A DNA stretch of 64,000 nt from Eledone cirrhosa. Its lineage: Eukaryota. The stretch's first letter is position 1. Every line of letters begins with the position of its first letter. Below the pieces are notes generated by a model that ran no database searches, was not told the origin of the DNA, and saw nothing but the letters and a program-made list of their open reading frames with translations. Location of the stretch: contig OZ024752.1 of assembly GCA_964016885.1 (NCBI GenBank), positions 9,796,001-9,860,000 of the forward strand, in the 5' to 3' direction. Shown here one piece after another: positions 23,958-36,701 of this stretch. The position numbers and the translations under genes were made by a program.

Positions 23958-24191
23958 ATTATAAAATAACAGGAGGCTGGACTGGTGTAATTCCTTAAAG
24001 GTTTATTATACTATGATCATTTCAATGACCGGGTTCAGTATGAATTCGGTGACATCATCAGGTATTCGAAATATAACAAAGGAATACCTGATGATGTCAC
24101 CGGATTCATACTGAACCCGGTCATTGCAATGATCATAGTATAATACACCTTTAAGGAATTACACCAGTCGAGCCTCCTGTTATTTTATAAT
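23958..24191. repeat. ~110-bp inverted repeat; each arm carries an HHR (family E)
   Basis: Arms 23958-24067 and 24082-24191 differ at about 4 positions and are separated by a 14-bp spacer. Confidence 0.9.
24008..24065 (-). ncRNA. Type I hammerhead ribozyme (family E), intact core
   Basis: atac-CTGATGA-[tgtcACCGaaTTCAtacTGAAccCGGTcatt]-GAAA-tgatca-TA-gtat, palindromic ATGATCAT stem III. Confidence 0.75.
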
Positions 24192-24269
24192 ATATATATA
24201 TAATATCTATCTCTCTCTCTATATATATATATGTCTATATATCTATATCTCTCTACCTATATATATATA

Positions 24270-24460
24270 ACGAATGAAGTGTAGTAGGAAACCAGGCGGA
24301 TCACAACGCACCAGAGAATTGATACTTAGGGTAGTAGAGTGGTAATGAGAAAAGAGTCAGGATCCCGACGCCTGAGCTCCGGCCGTTTCGACAGCTCGAT
24401 ATAGTTCGTATCTAGCACTCGAAACGGAGCTCAGCCGTCGGGGTCCTGACTATTTACCTA
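24270..24460 (-). mobile_element. Family F element with imperfect foldback
   Basis: agtcaggatcccgacgcctgagctcc...ggagctcagccgtcggggtcctgact plus the family body. Confidence 0.7.
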
Positions 24461-24799
24461 TATATATATATATATATATGGTGGCTGCTTCCTCGTTTTC
24501 GAGTACGGCCACTACTTTATATCCATGTAGGAGACCCCTACCGATGCGCTGAACGAATGTGACTTTTTAGTCCCGCCAGTGACTTGGAAACTCTGGGACA
24601 AACACTACACTTGTGACAATTATTGACACATAGTGCTGGGCCCATGGTACCATGTGACGACAAGTGCAGAGAGATCTCCAGATATAAAGCAATGCCTGTG
24701 CCGTGAAGCTTTTATAGTGAGCAAAGGCACTGCACAAAGCCAGTCCCACTCTCTTAACCAAGATGATATTTACCAAAAAGAAGAACAAGTCAACATCAT

Positions 24800-25082
24800 T
24801 GGATACCATCAGGGTTGCAGATGTTATATCAGAGTTTTCTTTCGCCTAGAATTCTGCCTTGACAAAGGCTAAGGGGTCATCTCTACCGGTGATTTTGGAT
24901 GGCCGTTGACTCTTAAGAGTTCCTTTGCCCTTTGACAGGTTTTGTTCTTAGTCCTGCAGGATGTCCAAAGTCACCCTCCTCGCCAAGAAACCTTGGTGGG
25001 GTTGCCAGTTTAGTCGCCAACGACCATGAGACAGGTTGTACTGGGATACATGTTACCAGTAGCACCAACTGGTGACCTGACA
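24800..25082 (-). mobile_element. Probable RTE-type LINE 5' UTR fragment
   Basis: Minus strand ccttagcctttgtcaaggcagaattctaggcgaaagaaaactctga resembles a motif I recall from RTE 5' regions. No ORF. Confidence 0.45.
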
Positions 25083-25451
25083 TATATATATATATATACA
25101 CACACATACATTTACCAAATACTAATATTTCGGGATACAACAATACCCATGTATGTTTATTATACACAAATATATTAGATGTGAGTTGATGTACTAAGTT
25201 ATCAGTTAAGTTAAATATGTGTACTTATATAGTTTATTGTTATATCTAGCATTGCTATTGTGCTATCTAATCAGGTGTAAAACATTGCCATTGCATATCT
25301 TTTGTTAACTGCTATTGCTCTCTCATACTATAACGTCTTATGCAGAATTGAATGGTATCCAGGGTGCCATTCAAGGAACTGTAATGGCAGAGGGATTCAA
25401 TTATTGTATTTCTTTTCAATACAATAATTGAAAAGTAATAATTGAAGTAGT

Positions 25452-25496
<45 letters not shown>

Positions 25497-25565
25497 TTTT
25501 CTAGGGTCCCAGGCATTTTATTTCTTTTCAAACGCAGTAGTGACACACACACACATATATATCCA

Positions 25566-25752
25566 GTGGTGGATTGGCAGTATCGGTAGAGGGTCGGACG
25601 CCATGCTTTCCAACATAGTTACGTCCCTTTACGATCTGAGTTCAAATCCCGCCGAGGTTGACTTTGCCTTTCATCCTTACGGGGTCGATAAAATAAAGTA
25701 CCAGTAATGCACTGGGTAATTGCTGGCCTTGTGCCTAAAGTAGAAACAATTA

Positions 25753-25790
<38 letters not shown>

Positions 25791-26292
25791 AATGTAATCT
25801 GAATTTTTCGAATATTAATAATTGTTTCTACTTTAGGCACAAGGCCAGCAATTAACCAGTGCATTACTGGTACTTTATTTTATCGACCCCGTAAGGATGA
25901 AAGGCAAAGTAAACCTCGGCGGGATTTGAACTCACCATTTTATAGCCATGTCAGTAGAATGAACCCTTCATTCTGGCTCTTGTGTTGTCATGCGAACAGA
26001 ACTGCAGACACTAATGTTTCTAAAATTGAGGCTTGTTTGTAAAATTGCAAACGAATCGAATGATGTTATTAATATTCGAAAATATAGGGCGGTGGGTTGG
26101 CAGTATCGGTAGAGGGTCAGACGCTATGCTTTGACGCATAGAGTTACGGCCCTTTCCATTCTGAGTTCAAATCTCGCCGAGGTTAACTTTGCCTTTCATC
26201 CCTACGGGGGTCGATAAAATAAAGTACCAGTAATGTACTGGGTAATTGCTGGCCTTGTGCCAAAAGTAGAAACAATTATTAATATTCGAAAA
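25566..26292. mobile_element. SINE family 1 cluster: 25566-25750 (+), 25820-25934 (-), 26087-26277 (+, TSD ttattaatattcgaaaa)
   Basis: Consensus matches; TSD at 26066 and 26276. Confidence 0.88.
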
Positions 26293-26461
26293 ACTCAGAT
26301 TACATTTATTGTATTCAGCCATGTAGAGCGAAATTTTCTTTATTTGAATTTGAGAAAGCCGTCCATTTATCGCTCGTATACAGGAAACTAACTGGCCAGT
26401 CTGCTGATATGCAAATCTGGCTGATCAGTGGATCTACTAATATGCAAACCAGGCCGAACAG

Positions 26462-26655
26462 TCACTGTGTATTTTTGAAAATAGCATATATTTTCACTAG
26501 CTCTGACAGTTTGGCAGGTGAACAGTGAGCTGCACTGATGAAGGGTAATACTAAGAAACATTGGTGTCTGCAGTTCTGTTCGCATGCCAACACAAGAGCA
26601 AGAATGAAGGGTTCATTCTACTGACATGGCTATAAAATTGAGGCTTGTTTGCAAA
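26462..26655 (+). mobile_element. ~200-bp non-coding HHR-bearing element (retrozyme-like or solo pLTR, family G)
   Basis: Near-identical inverted copy at 61298-61490 and an inverted 3' half at 25938-26021. Confidence 0.7.
26513..26588 (+). ncRNA. Canonical type I hammerhead ribozyme (family G), GUC site at 26566-26568
   Basis: ggcaggtgaacag-t-gagctgca-CTGATGA-agggtaatactaa-GAAA-ca ttgg tg-TC-tgcagttc-tgttcgcatgcc. Stem II is weakened in this copy. Confidence 0.8.
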
Positions 26656-26736
26656 ATTGCAAACGAATCAAATGTTATTAATATTCGAAAAACTCAGATT
26701 ACATTTATTGTATTCAGCCATGTAGAACGAAATTTT

Positions 26737-26796
<60 letters not shown>

Positions 26797-27280
26797 CATG
26801 TTTGTATAAGGTCCCATCAAAGGGATTGTAATGGTAGATGCATTCAAGTATTGCAATTGCATTTCTTTTCTTACTTCGCACAACGCTAGATTATTCATGC
26901 AACCCTCGTTTAAAATATTTTAGATTCTCACGAAGATTACCCGGGGTAAACATTCCATTTACTGAACACTTTACAGATGCAGGTTTGACCAAAATATTTG
27001 TACCTATATGGTCCCAGTAGGTTTTATATATTCTCATGATTGCGACGAGAGTCAAACAACCACGACAATGGCTCTCCCTAATTCACTATTTTCAATTGCC
27101 CCTAGCAACTAATCTCGACTTAGGTTTGTATCATCTGAGAGTTGAGCGATGATTGTTCGAGCAGGTCTTACTCTACTGTGTCTCCCCTAAGCTGGTTTCT
27201 ACAATAGTAACATGTGTATACCTTCTTGTTGACTTCTCCAACAATCACCTGTAAACTGTAACAGTCTTTGGGTAATTGTA

Positions 27281-27494
27281 CAGTGTGCGCCACAATTCAT
27301 GACTCACTTGATTATTTATACATCTTTCTCGTAGGTGCCGGTAGCCCATTAGTTGCTTCCATTACTCTGCAGACTTCAGTGATGTTGTCTGATTTATTAC
27401 ATAATCTCACACATTGAACATAATACAATAACAATAAAATAAGCATGTTAAGAAATATTACTAACAAGTGAGTCATGAATTCTGGCCCACCCTG
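27281..27494. mobile_element. Tc1/mariner-type MITE
   Basis: ta|cagtgtgcgccacaattcatgactcacttg ... caagtgagtcatgaattctggcccaccctg|ta: 30-bp TIRs and TA TSD. Confidence 0.85.
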
Positions 27495-27969
27495 TAGTTA
27501 TCAACTTGACCATGTTTCTCTATAAACTGTCATTTATCATACGTTGGTATTCTATCTTTTCATAATCGCTCTGGAATATAGCTTTAGGGAAGCCCCTGTC
27601 AATGAACAAGATCTTGGCTTTATATGTTCACAAAGGAAAAGTAAGCGAAACCCACCAACTGTATTTCATGATACAGATCTTGCTCCTGACATTGCGTTTT
27701 AACAAAATACCATTGATCAAGTTCAAGGACGCCTTCATAAATAATTCTCTCCCATGAATATTGGTCTATACACAAATATTACCAAAACAGTACATGTCTA
27801 TATTTACATATACGGCAGGTTTTCATTGTTACCTTCTCAAAAGTAATTATAGAAATCTTTTCAACGTTAGTTTCTTTTTATGCTCCTTATTTCTTTAAGC
27901 AACATATATTTCGTTTATTTCGTTATTTATATTTCCCCTTTTCATTTCATGATTCTTGCTGGCTCTAGA

Positions 27970-28425
27970 TCGGTGGATTGGCAGAATCGGTAGAGCATCG
28001 GACAACATTCTTCGCGGCATAGAGTGATGGCTCTTTACGTTCTGAGTTCAAATTCCGCCGATATTAGCTTTGCCTTTCATCCTTAAGCAGTTGATAAAAT
28101 AAAGTACCAGTAATGTACTGCGTTCGATCTAACTGACTTTTCCCCTCCTCAACATTGTTCAACTTGTGTCTATATCAGAAATCATTATTGTTAGTGGCTC
28201 AGACGTCCTGTGGATTGGCAGTATAGGTAGAGGGTCGAACGCCATGCTTTGCAGCACAGAGTTACGGCGCTTTATGATCTGAGTTCAAATACCGCCGTGG
28301 TTAACCTTGCCTTTCATCCTTACGGTGTCGATAAAATAAAGTACCAGTCACAAACTGGGTCGATTTCGTCGACTTTCCCCTCCCCCAAAATTGCTGGCCT
28401 TGTGCCTATATAAGAAATCATTATT
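27970..28425 (+). mobile_element. Two tandem SINE family 1 copies
   Basis: Consensus matches; a related spacer recurs at about 27953, 28188 and 28424. Confidence 0.85.
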
Positions 28426-28659
28426 CTTGGTGACTCTGATGTCCGGTAGATGCAATTGTATTTAGTGCTTCTTGGCTTTTGTGTGTGTTGCGCCCTTCAC
28501 CAGTGCACACACAATCAGTTTTAGTATTGAATTTGACTATGTAAAACACCTCTACCTATTTATTTGAGCTCTTGTATGTATAATATCATCATAAAGTATT
28601 ACCTATGATATCTCTTGTAACTATATAGTTATCTAGAGATAATGAACACAACCACAAGG

Positions 28660-28840
28660 ATATGGTCCGAACGTGGAAGAGCCGAACCCCCACTGTCATC
28701 GCCTCCATCTCTCTCGCCTTCCCCATCTCTCTCTATGGTGAGCAAATGGGGTCCCACGTGCTGGCCTCCCCATGGCCCCAGCGGACAGAATGGAGAAGGT
28801 GTTTCCCCGGAGAATGGTAAGGGAGATGCACTGGAAAATG
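28660..28840 (-). mobile_element. CRE-like 3' end/UTR fragment (a UTR-only remnant also at 2320-2417)
   Basis: ggaagagccgaac...ggtcccacgtgctggcc...ggtgtttcccc...gatgcactggaaaa matches 19575-19740 and 57205-57365. Confidence 0.75.
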
Positions 28841-29369
28841 AGGAGATACGACATGGTGCTATACCATTAAAAACAATTTATCTTTCTTTCTCTGAATTTG
28901 AACTTTTCTCAATTGGTGTTTATATTCTTACTGCTAGGTTTTTCATTGCGACTCCGTGTCTAGAGGTGAAGACAACTATCGGGTGTGGCTTCAGCACATT
29001 TTTCCTTCACACAAATCATATATATATCGGAGAAACATCCCTCGTGTTTAGCCCACCAATCAAAACAACTTAAACTGACCAGCATACGAACGTTAGAATT
29101 TTACGTACGCCATGTATATATTCATTCAGCCATTACTACCACAGAGGTCCGACGAGCCATTGATTACAGAGTGGGGCTAGATTGATACAGATCGAACCTT
29201 GAGTTGATCAATAGCGGAATGCACGTCACCAACCAATAAACGTAATGAAGGAGTAACCATTCGTCCTTGTCTTGTTTTTGTTAGACTGCACTGGTACCGA
29301 CGTGAACCTAAATATCGAGTGCACACCCGGTTGAACCTGCAATGACATCGCATTAAACTCCCTGGATAT

Positions 29370-29417
<48 letters not shown>

Positions 29418-29420
<3 letters not shown>

Positions 29421-30020
29421 CCTATTATATTAAATCTTTGTTGGTTTTATTCAATGAACAAATATAATTATTTCTGAAGACAGCATATGACCTATTTTCA
29501 TCCCTAAAATAATCTTTCATTCATAATATTCTTTCCATCCAAAACTGAAATCTACCTTCCTCTACCCCTAAATTAAGGTTCTTTTACTACTATTTTACCA
29601 TCTTGACCTGCACTATCTTTCTATTGGTCAATTCAAAACCTGTTCCCAAACAGACCTATTGTATTAAATCTTTGTTGGTTTTTTTCAATAAACAAATATC
29701 ATTATTTCTGAAGACAGCATATATATGTGTAGGTATGTATATTCCCTCTGATAGTTTGTAAACATTTTACATAGATCTATAGGATATGCATACCAACACT
29801 AACATATATATCCTAGAAACGATCGTAAAATGATGAATTTTTTAATATAAGGAACTGTTTCTTTGTTTATTCATTATTTTTATTAATTTATCTTGACTCT
29901 GTTTTCCTGTATTTTTCATCGAAAAAAATTTTTGAATACATCTTCTCTTTTCATGATATTCGGATTACATTGAGTTCTTCATACGGATTGGACACTACCG
30001 CACATTTTGGTAGATTTATC
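29418..30020 (+). mobile_element. PLE-like pLTR (family H) with partial tandem duplication (29418-29488 repeats at 29654-29722)
   Basis: ~70-bp direct repeat ending inside HHR stem II. The 3' part recurs at 49911-50215. Confidence 0.65.
29699..29836 (+). ncRNA. Type I hammerhead ribozyme with ~100-nt stem II (family H)
   Basis: 9-bp stem I tcattattt/aaatgatga; CTGAAGA; atatatatgt..ggtatgtatat / atatgcatacc..acatatatat; GAAA-cgatcg-TA. Confidence 0.8.
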
Positions 30021-30261
30021 TATATATATATATTATATATATTATATATTATATATATAATATATATATAATATATATTATATATATAATATATATATAA
30101 TATATATTATATATATATATAATATATATAATATATATATATTATATATATATATTATATATATAATATATATATAATATATATTATATATATATATATA
30201 TATATTATTCAAAATGAGCCACTTAGAGTCTATTATAATAACCCATTATTATTAACTGTCA

Positions 30262-30446
30262 AGGGCGGTGAATTGGCAGTATCGGTAGAGGGTCGGACAT
30301 GCTTTGCAGCATAGTTACGTCCCTTTACGATCTGAGTTCAAGTCCCGCCGAGGTTAACTTTGCCTTTCATCCTTACGGGGGTCGATAAAATAAAGTACCA
30401 GTAATGCACTGGTATTTGCTGGCCTTGTGCTAAAAGTAGAAATAAT
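30262..30446 (+). mobile_element. SINE family 1 with TSD ttattaactgtcaa
   Basis: Consensus match and a flanking duplication. Confidence 0.9.
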
Positions 30447-30958
30447 TATTAACTGTCAATAGATAATCTAATCACTGAATCAACATCATAACCTCCTAAC
30501 CTTTCTTTATTTCACTCTCTTTCCCTAAAACATCTTCCATTATATCCTATCATGTTCTCTTCACCTCTCACGTAACTTCCAGTTCATTAATTTATCCTTT
30601 ATTTATCACTGTATTATTTCTTCAAAATATAACCCTCTGTAATTTAACCAATACATTTGTATATATTTAATATTTTCATATTTATACTATCATATCTTTA
30701 TACTTACACACCACTATAACTTTAACCACCACCACCACAGCCACAACTATTTTCAACAATCATATTATGTTCACTTTTTTTCACACATGTATATTTTTTT
30801 ACTTATTTTTTATCATCTTCATTCTAACTTAATTATTATTATTTATTTATTATTTTTTCTTTTTTTCTCTCTCGCATTTACTTTTATCTTTTTCTTTATT
30901 ATTGATGTTGTGAATTGAATTTTCCTAGTATATTACAAACGCTGTGTATAATTTTAAT

Positions 30959-31071
30959 CAGTTATTCTGATGATTTGGTTAAGCATACATTGTATTTAAA
31001 ATTGACTGACACAACTTCAAGTGATTAGCAATTTTTAGACACCCTAATCAATGAAACAATTGTTAATACTG
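30959..31071 (+). ncRNA. Type I hammerhead-like motif with ~80-nt stem II insert (family I)
   Basis: cagttatt-CTGATGA-tTTGGTTA...TAATCAAt-GAAA-caattg-TT-aatactg, palindromic ACAATTGT stem III. Confidence 0.6.
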
Positions 31072-31923
31072 TATATAAAACCCTTTTTGTACTGTTGACC
31101 GTGTTATTCTTCACTCTTTCACTATATATATAAACGTTGTAGCCGAATTATAGCAGATACTAATCGAATGAAACGTGTTTGTTTGTGTGTGTGTGTCTGT
31201 GTACTTGTGTGTCTGTGTATTTGTGTGTCTGTGTGCGTGTGGGCTAGAGAGCATGGCTAGAAAAAATACCACCACGTCCTGATAACCTACAGTAAATAAT
31301 AATGGCAACCGAGACACCTATAATGGTTCTATGTTGATATATTTATTATAGGCTGATATTTAGCTTCATTTGTGTCTAATTCACTTCCGCAATAAACTAC
31401 GCTAATATTCAATATTGTATTATATTTATGTTTTAATTTGTATTGGGAATTATTTGCTGTATACGTTTGAAATGCTTCGATAAATTATTGAAACTCGTTT
31501 TAACGACTTTGAGTAGGAAACTTCAAATCCATTTGAGATTTAAATTCACAATATTATGGGATGAAACAAAACGATGCAGCATATAAATCTTAGTTGCCAA
31601 ACTATTCTCCCAGACAAACCCCACCAAGGAAATTAGTAGTAATACGTATGATAAGTTCAGTTTCGGTGAAATAATTAAAAAAAAGTAATAAAATATAGCA
31701 CAATGGCAGGAAACACACCCAGGCACCATAACAATATATTGAGCACGTAAAAAAATAAAATAATCCCATTAAATATATTACTTATAAATCTTATTAGATT
31801 ATTTAAAAAAAATATATTTATGAGAGAATCAGCCTAAAAGTCAAATTACCGCCGACGTATCTCATAGATATAACCAGAAAAAAGAATACTTACACCCATA
31901 CGCACGGCTATATACTCACGAGC

Positions 31924-31965
<42 letters not shown>

Positions 31966-32050
31966 TCATATATATATATATATATATATATACATACACA
32001 TGTATATACACACTCGCATTTATATATATATATATATATATATACACACG

Positions 32051-32094
<44 letters not shown>

Positions 32095-32354
32095 TTGCTG
32101 TATTAGTAATAGTTCCATTATATCCTAATCGATGATAATGACGAGAAGTAATTGGCTTCTGTCTTTGTATCAGATCACAGTCGTAGACGGCTTCTTCAAG
32201 GCGTCAGGCAGAGATAATTCTAATTCATAATTTTCAAATAATATATATTAACCACCCCCTCCTCCTCTGTCTATATATATATATACACATGCATACATTT
32301 TTATTATTATATATATATATATATTCATATTTATTTATATATACATGCATACTT

Positions 32355-32391
<37 letters not shown>

Positions 32392-32540
32392 CATGTATAT
32401 ATCTATATATACATGTTTATATTTTGACATATACATATTTTTATATATACATGTATATATTTTTGTATATACATGTACATATTTTTATATATACATGTAC
32501 ATATTTTTATATATACATGTATATATTTGTGTATACGTAT

Positions 32541-33792
32541 GGCAAAGATCCTCACAGGATGATTCTTAACAGGAATCAGTCGGCGATGGAAGAAGAAGCT
32601 CTGGGACAACCAGAATGGCTTCAGAGAGGGAATATCAACCACCAGTCACATCCTGATGCTGAGGAGGATATTAGAAGGAGCTAGAGCAAAGTGCCTTCCT
32701 GCTGTCATAGTTTTAATTGACTTTAGGAAGGCATTTGATTCTGTGGACCATCACTGCCTGATGAAGATCTTACAGGTTTATGGAATCCCCAAGAAGATAG
32801 TGGACCTGATATCACTGCTCTACACCAACTGCAAGCCCAAGTCATTACACTTAACGGGTTGGCGGAGTTCTTTGAGATATTGACTACAGTGCTCTGGGGA
32901 GATACACTGGCCCCCTACATTTTTATCATCGCAGTGGACTATTGTATGCGCCTTGCACTCGATAAATACCATGAATCTGGCTTTACTGTAGCACCGGCTC
33001 AGAACAGGACAGTTAAGGCTAAAAAGATATCGGATGCTGAATTTGCCGACGACATCGTTCTGGTGATAAACACAGTGAAGGAGGCAGAGGATTTGATGCG
33101 GGAGGTTGAGACTGTGTCGAAGATAGTGGGGCTGAGAATGAATGAGATTAAGACTAAATATCAGGTAGACAACATTAAGAAGCCAGAGAAGATTACTAAT
33201 GTAGGAGGGAAACCGCTAGAATTGGTTGAGGACTTCCTGTATTTGGGAGCAAAGATTGGGAACACAGAGAATAATGTAAAGGAGAGGAAGAGCAAAGCCT
33301 GGGCGGCGTGCCACAGTTTGAGATTAGTGTGGAAGTCGGACCTTCGTAAAGACCTAAAAGATCCGTCTCTTCATTGCTACAGTGGAGTTTGTGCTACTGT
33401 ACGGGTCTGAGATTTGGTCACTGACCAAGAAACACTCTCACATGGTGGATGGGTGCTACACGAGAATGCTCAGGATGGCTCTGAACATTAATCAGTATAC
33501 ACTGAGGATGAAATATTCACAGCTTTACGGGAACCTCCCAAACATCAGCTCGAAAGTAACACAGAGCAGACTGAGGTTAGCACCGATATTCAGAGTTGAC
33601 ACTGCACTCAGTGCTCCTGTGGGAGCCCCTACACGGACACACTAGGGAGACCGAGGGTGACATATATTGATGGCCTAAGGACAGACATTGGTCTCTGGGA
33701 GAAGTAGGACATGGCGGCGATGAAGAGCAGATGTTGCTGGAGAGAACTTTTCCATGGATCTCGGGAATTCTAAACACGATAGATAGATAGAT
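32541..33792 (+). mobile_element. 5'-truncated RTE-superfamily LINE, RT pseudogene with frameshifts and (ATAG)n tail
   Basis: Motifs NQNGFR, IDFRKAFDSVDH, GDTLAPYIF, EFADDIVL, DFLYLGAKI, LLYGSEIW, DGCYTRMLR. Confidence 0.92.
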
Positions 33793-34424
33793 ATTTTTAT
33801 ATACATACATTATATATATATATATACATACATTATATATATATATATACACACACACATTATATATATATATATACACATACACATTTTTATAAATATG
33901 TATATAGGTATACATGAATATATATATTTATAAATATATATATATATTCATGTATATATTTTTATAAATGTATATATATATATGTATATAATTTTATATA
34001 TATATATTTTTTAAGGAATTTATATATGTATATAATTATATACATGTGTGTGTGTGTGTGAATATACATTTGACGTATGTAAAGATCTATAGATTACGTA
34101 ATATGTATAAAAGATAAATCTGTGTTTCTAGATAAATAGAAAATTTGAAATTTATTTTAAAGACCTATTAGGAAATATTATTCATAAACAATTGATATTC
34201 TAAAAAATGTGTAGTAAATACATTATATAGTAAAAATGTTTGGAGAATCAAGGAAATCTGGAAACTATATAAGAACGTTACATTAAAATTATGAAGTATC
34301 AAACCATAAAAATAATATTGTAACAAAAGATATATGACGCATATTATAGCATCGTTTAGTTTTTACTCTAACATAATGGATACGTAAATGCGTTCGTGAG
34401 TTTTTGTGAGATTTATATCTAATA

Positions 34425-35400
34425 ATAAGTGTTTCTACGTTTGGCACAAGGCCAGCAATTACCCAGTGCATTACTGGTACTTTATTTTATCGACCCCGTA
34501 AGGATGAAAGACAAAGTTATACTCGGCGGTATTTGAACTCAGAATGGCAAGGTCCGTAACTCTATACATCAAAGCATGGGGTCTGACCCTCTACCGGTAC
34601 TGCCAATCCACCGTCTAATAATGATGGTTTCTACGATAAGCACAAGGCCAGTAATTTTGGCAGAGGAGGAAAGTTGATTACATCGACCACAGTAATTATT
34701 ACTTTATTACGTGATTATTACTTTATTTATCGACCCCTAAGGATGTAAAGCAAATCTAACCATGGTGAGATTTGAACTCAGAATTTAAAGGGCCGTAACT
34801 CATTATCGCAAATCATCTTCCGCCGATACTGTCAATCCACCGCCCTAAATACTTTTGGCATAAGGTCAGCAATTACCCCAGTGCATTACTGGGCATTACT
34901 GGTACTTTATTTTATCGACCCCGTAAGGATGAAAGGCAAAGTTGACCACGGCAGGATTTGAACTCGGACCATAAAGGGCCTCAACTATGCTGCAAATCAT
35001 GGCGTTCGATCCTCTACCGATACTGCTAATGCACCGCCCAGTATTACATCTAGTAATAATGCTTTCTACTATAAGGAGGTAGAGTAAACTGGATTAAGTA
35101 GACCCCAATGCATTACAGGTGCTGTATTTATCCACCCCGTGAAGATGAAAGGCAAAGTTAACCTTGCCGGAATTTAGACTCGCTCGCCCTTTTATATCGA
35201 ATAATAATTCTTTCTACTTTTGCCACAAGGTTAGCAATTATCGCAGTGTATTACTGGTACTTTATTTTATCGATCCCGTAAGGATAAAAGGCAAAGTTAA
35301 CCTCAGCGAGATTTGAACTCAGCCCGTAAAGGGCCGTAACTCTATGCTGCAAAGCATGGTGTCTGTCGCGCTACCAATACTGCCAATCCACCTCCCTTTT
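34425..35400 (-). mobile_element. Head-to-tail array of ~5 SINE family 1 copies
   Basis: Repeated reverse-complement consensus with short spacers. Confidence 0.88.
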
Positions 35401-36701
35401 ATATCGAATAATAACCATATGTGATTCGTTTGCAAGCAAATAGCCTCATTACGCTATGTATTTTAGATGTCCATTGCCATCCTTTTGTCCTAGCGGTGAC
35501 AGAAAGAAATAATCAACAATAATATTATTTCTGGGTTATTTCCCCTTTGTCAAGATTGAGTATCACTCCCCTTGCATGCAAACGAATCGAATATTACTAT
35601 TATTTGATATAAAACTACGAATCCACACCTGTATATTTGTTATCACAAATACCCTTACACACTCATTCACATTATTGAATCAATTGATTTGAAATCAGGA
35701 GATTACAATAGAAAATATATCCGCAGAATAGAATGTTTGTATATATGTTTTGTGAGATTTATATCTGCCCTTTACTCTTATTAGATTTCTGAATGCAAAT
35801 CCGAATACAGGAAACAGTTGGTTGTATTGGATTTGTCACACCACAATCTGTTCAACCAAAACTTAGAGCAAAAAATATATAATAATAACTACACATATAC
35901 AAGTTGTATTATATAATACACCGTGGACTTGTGGGGGAGAAGTTTCTGTGAAGCTCGAGATTAAATGCTTAGAACAATTTTCGTCTCTCTATATACAGAT
36001 TTGTGTATCAGTCACTCAGTTATCAGAAGCCATATTGATGTGTGCATACCGAAGCAGTTTCCATTTGGATTGAAGGATATGGTTGATTACACCGAATTTG
36101 GTATTTGGCTAGGATATCCAAAATCGATCCCGGTAGGATAGAAAGCCAGTGTAAAACTTGGCTGGTATATCTGTTAAGATTATCTTCAACTAACATGTAT
36201 AAAAAAAGTAATACGAAATTGTTTAAGCTTGCAACGAATTGCTATACATCATGAAATAAAAATAAATAAATATATATCTAGCTTTCATTGAAAAACACTG
36301 GGAATATTTGTCAATGTTTTCACCATCGGTAATTTACATCTAACTTATTCTAAGTTAACTCAGAACACGGATGTAAATAAACAATCTAAATAGAAACTAC
36401 TAGATACACACCTCTAAGGATATGTAATAACTTATCTAAAATATACTGTTGCACATATATTTCATGAAATACAGTGCAGTTTAATATACTGTCAAATAAT
36501 GGGAAAGATATTTCTATAGAAATTGCTGTTCCTTTATGGACATTAGAATAACAAGAATCCCTGGAATAAGGATAATTGTATGCAAGTCTTATAAGAATTT
36601 GAAAAAGCAGTTTATTATGTGTGAGTATATAGTGACGTTTTGAATTAATATATATAATTGCCATTAAAAACTTCGGCAAAGCTAGTAAATATTATTATGT
36701 T

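Noticed and set aside
28642-29073. 143-aa ORF containing YIGET
   Set aside because: The 5' half is antisense CRE sequence and the other GIY-YIG motifs are absent.
36386-36679. Short unique ORFs (also 61637-61837, 61999-62247, 62690-63010)
   Set aside because: No recognisable domain or consistent splice pattern.
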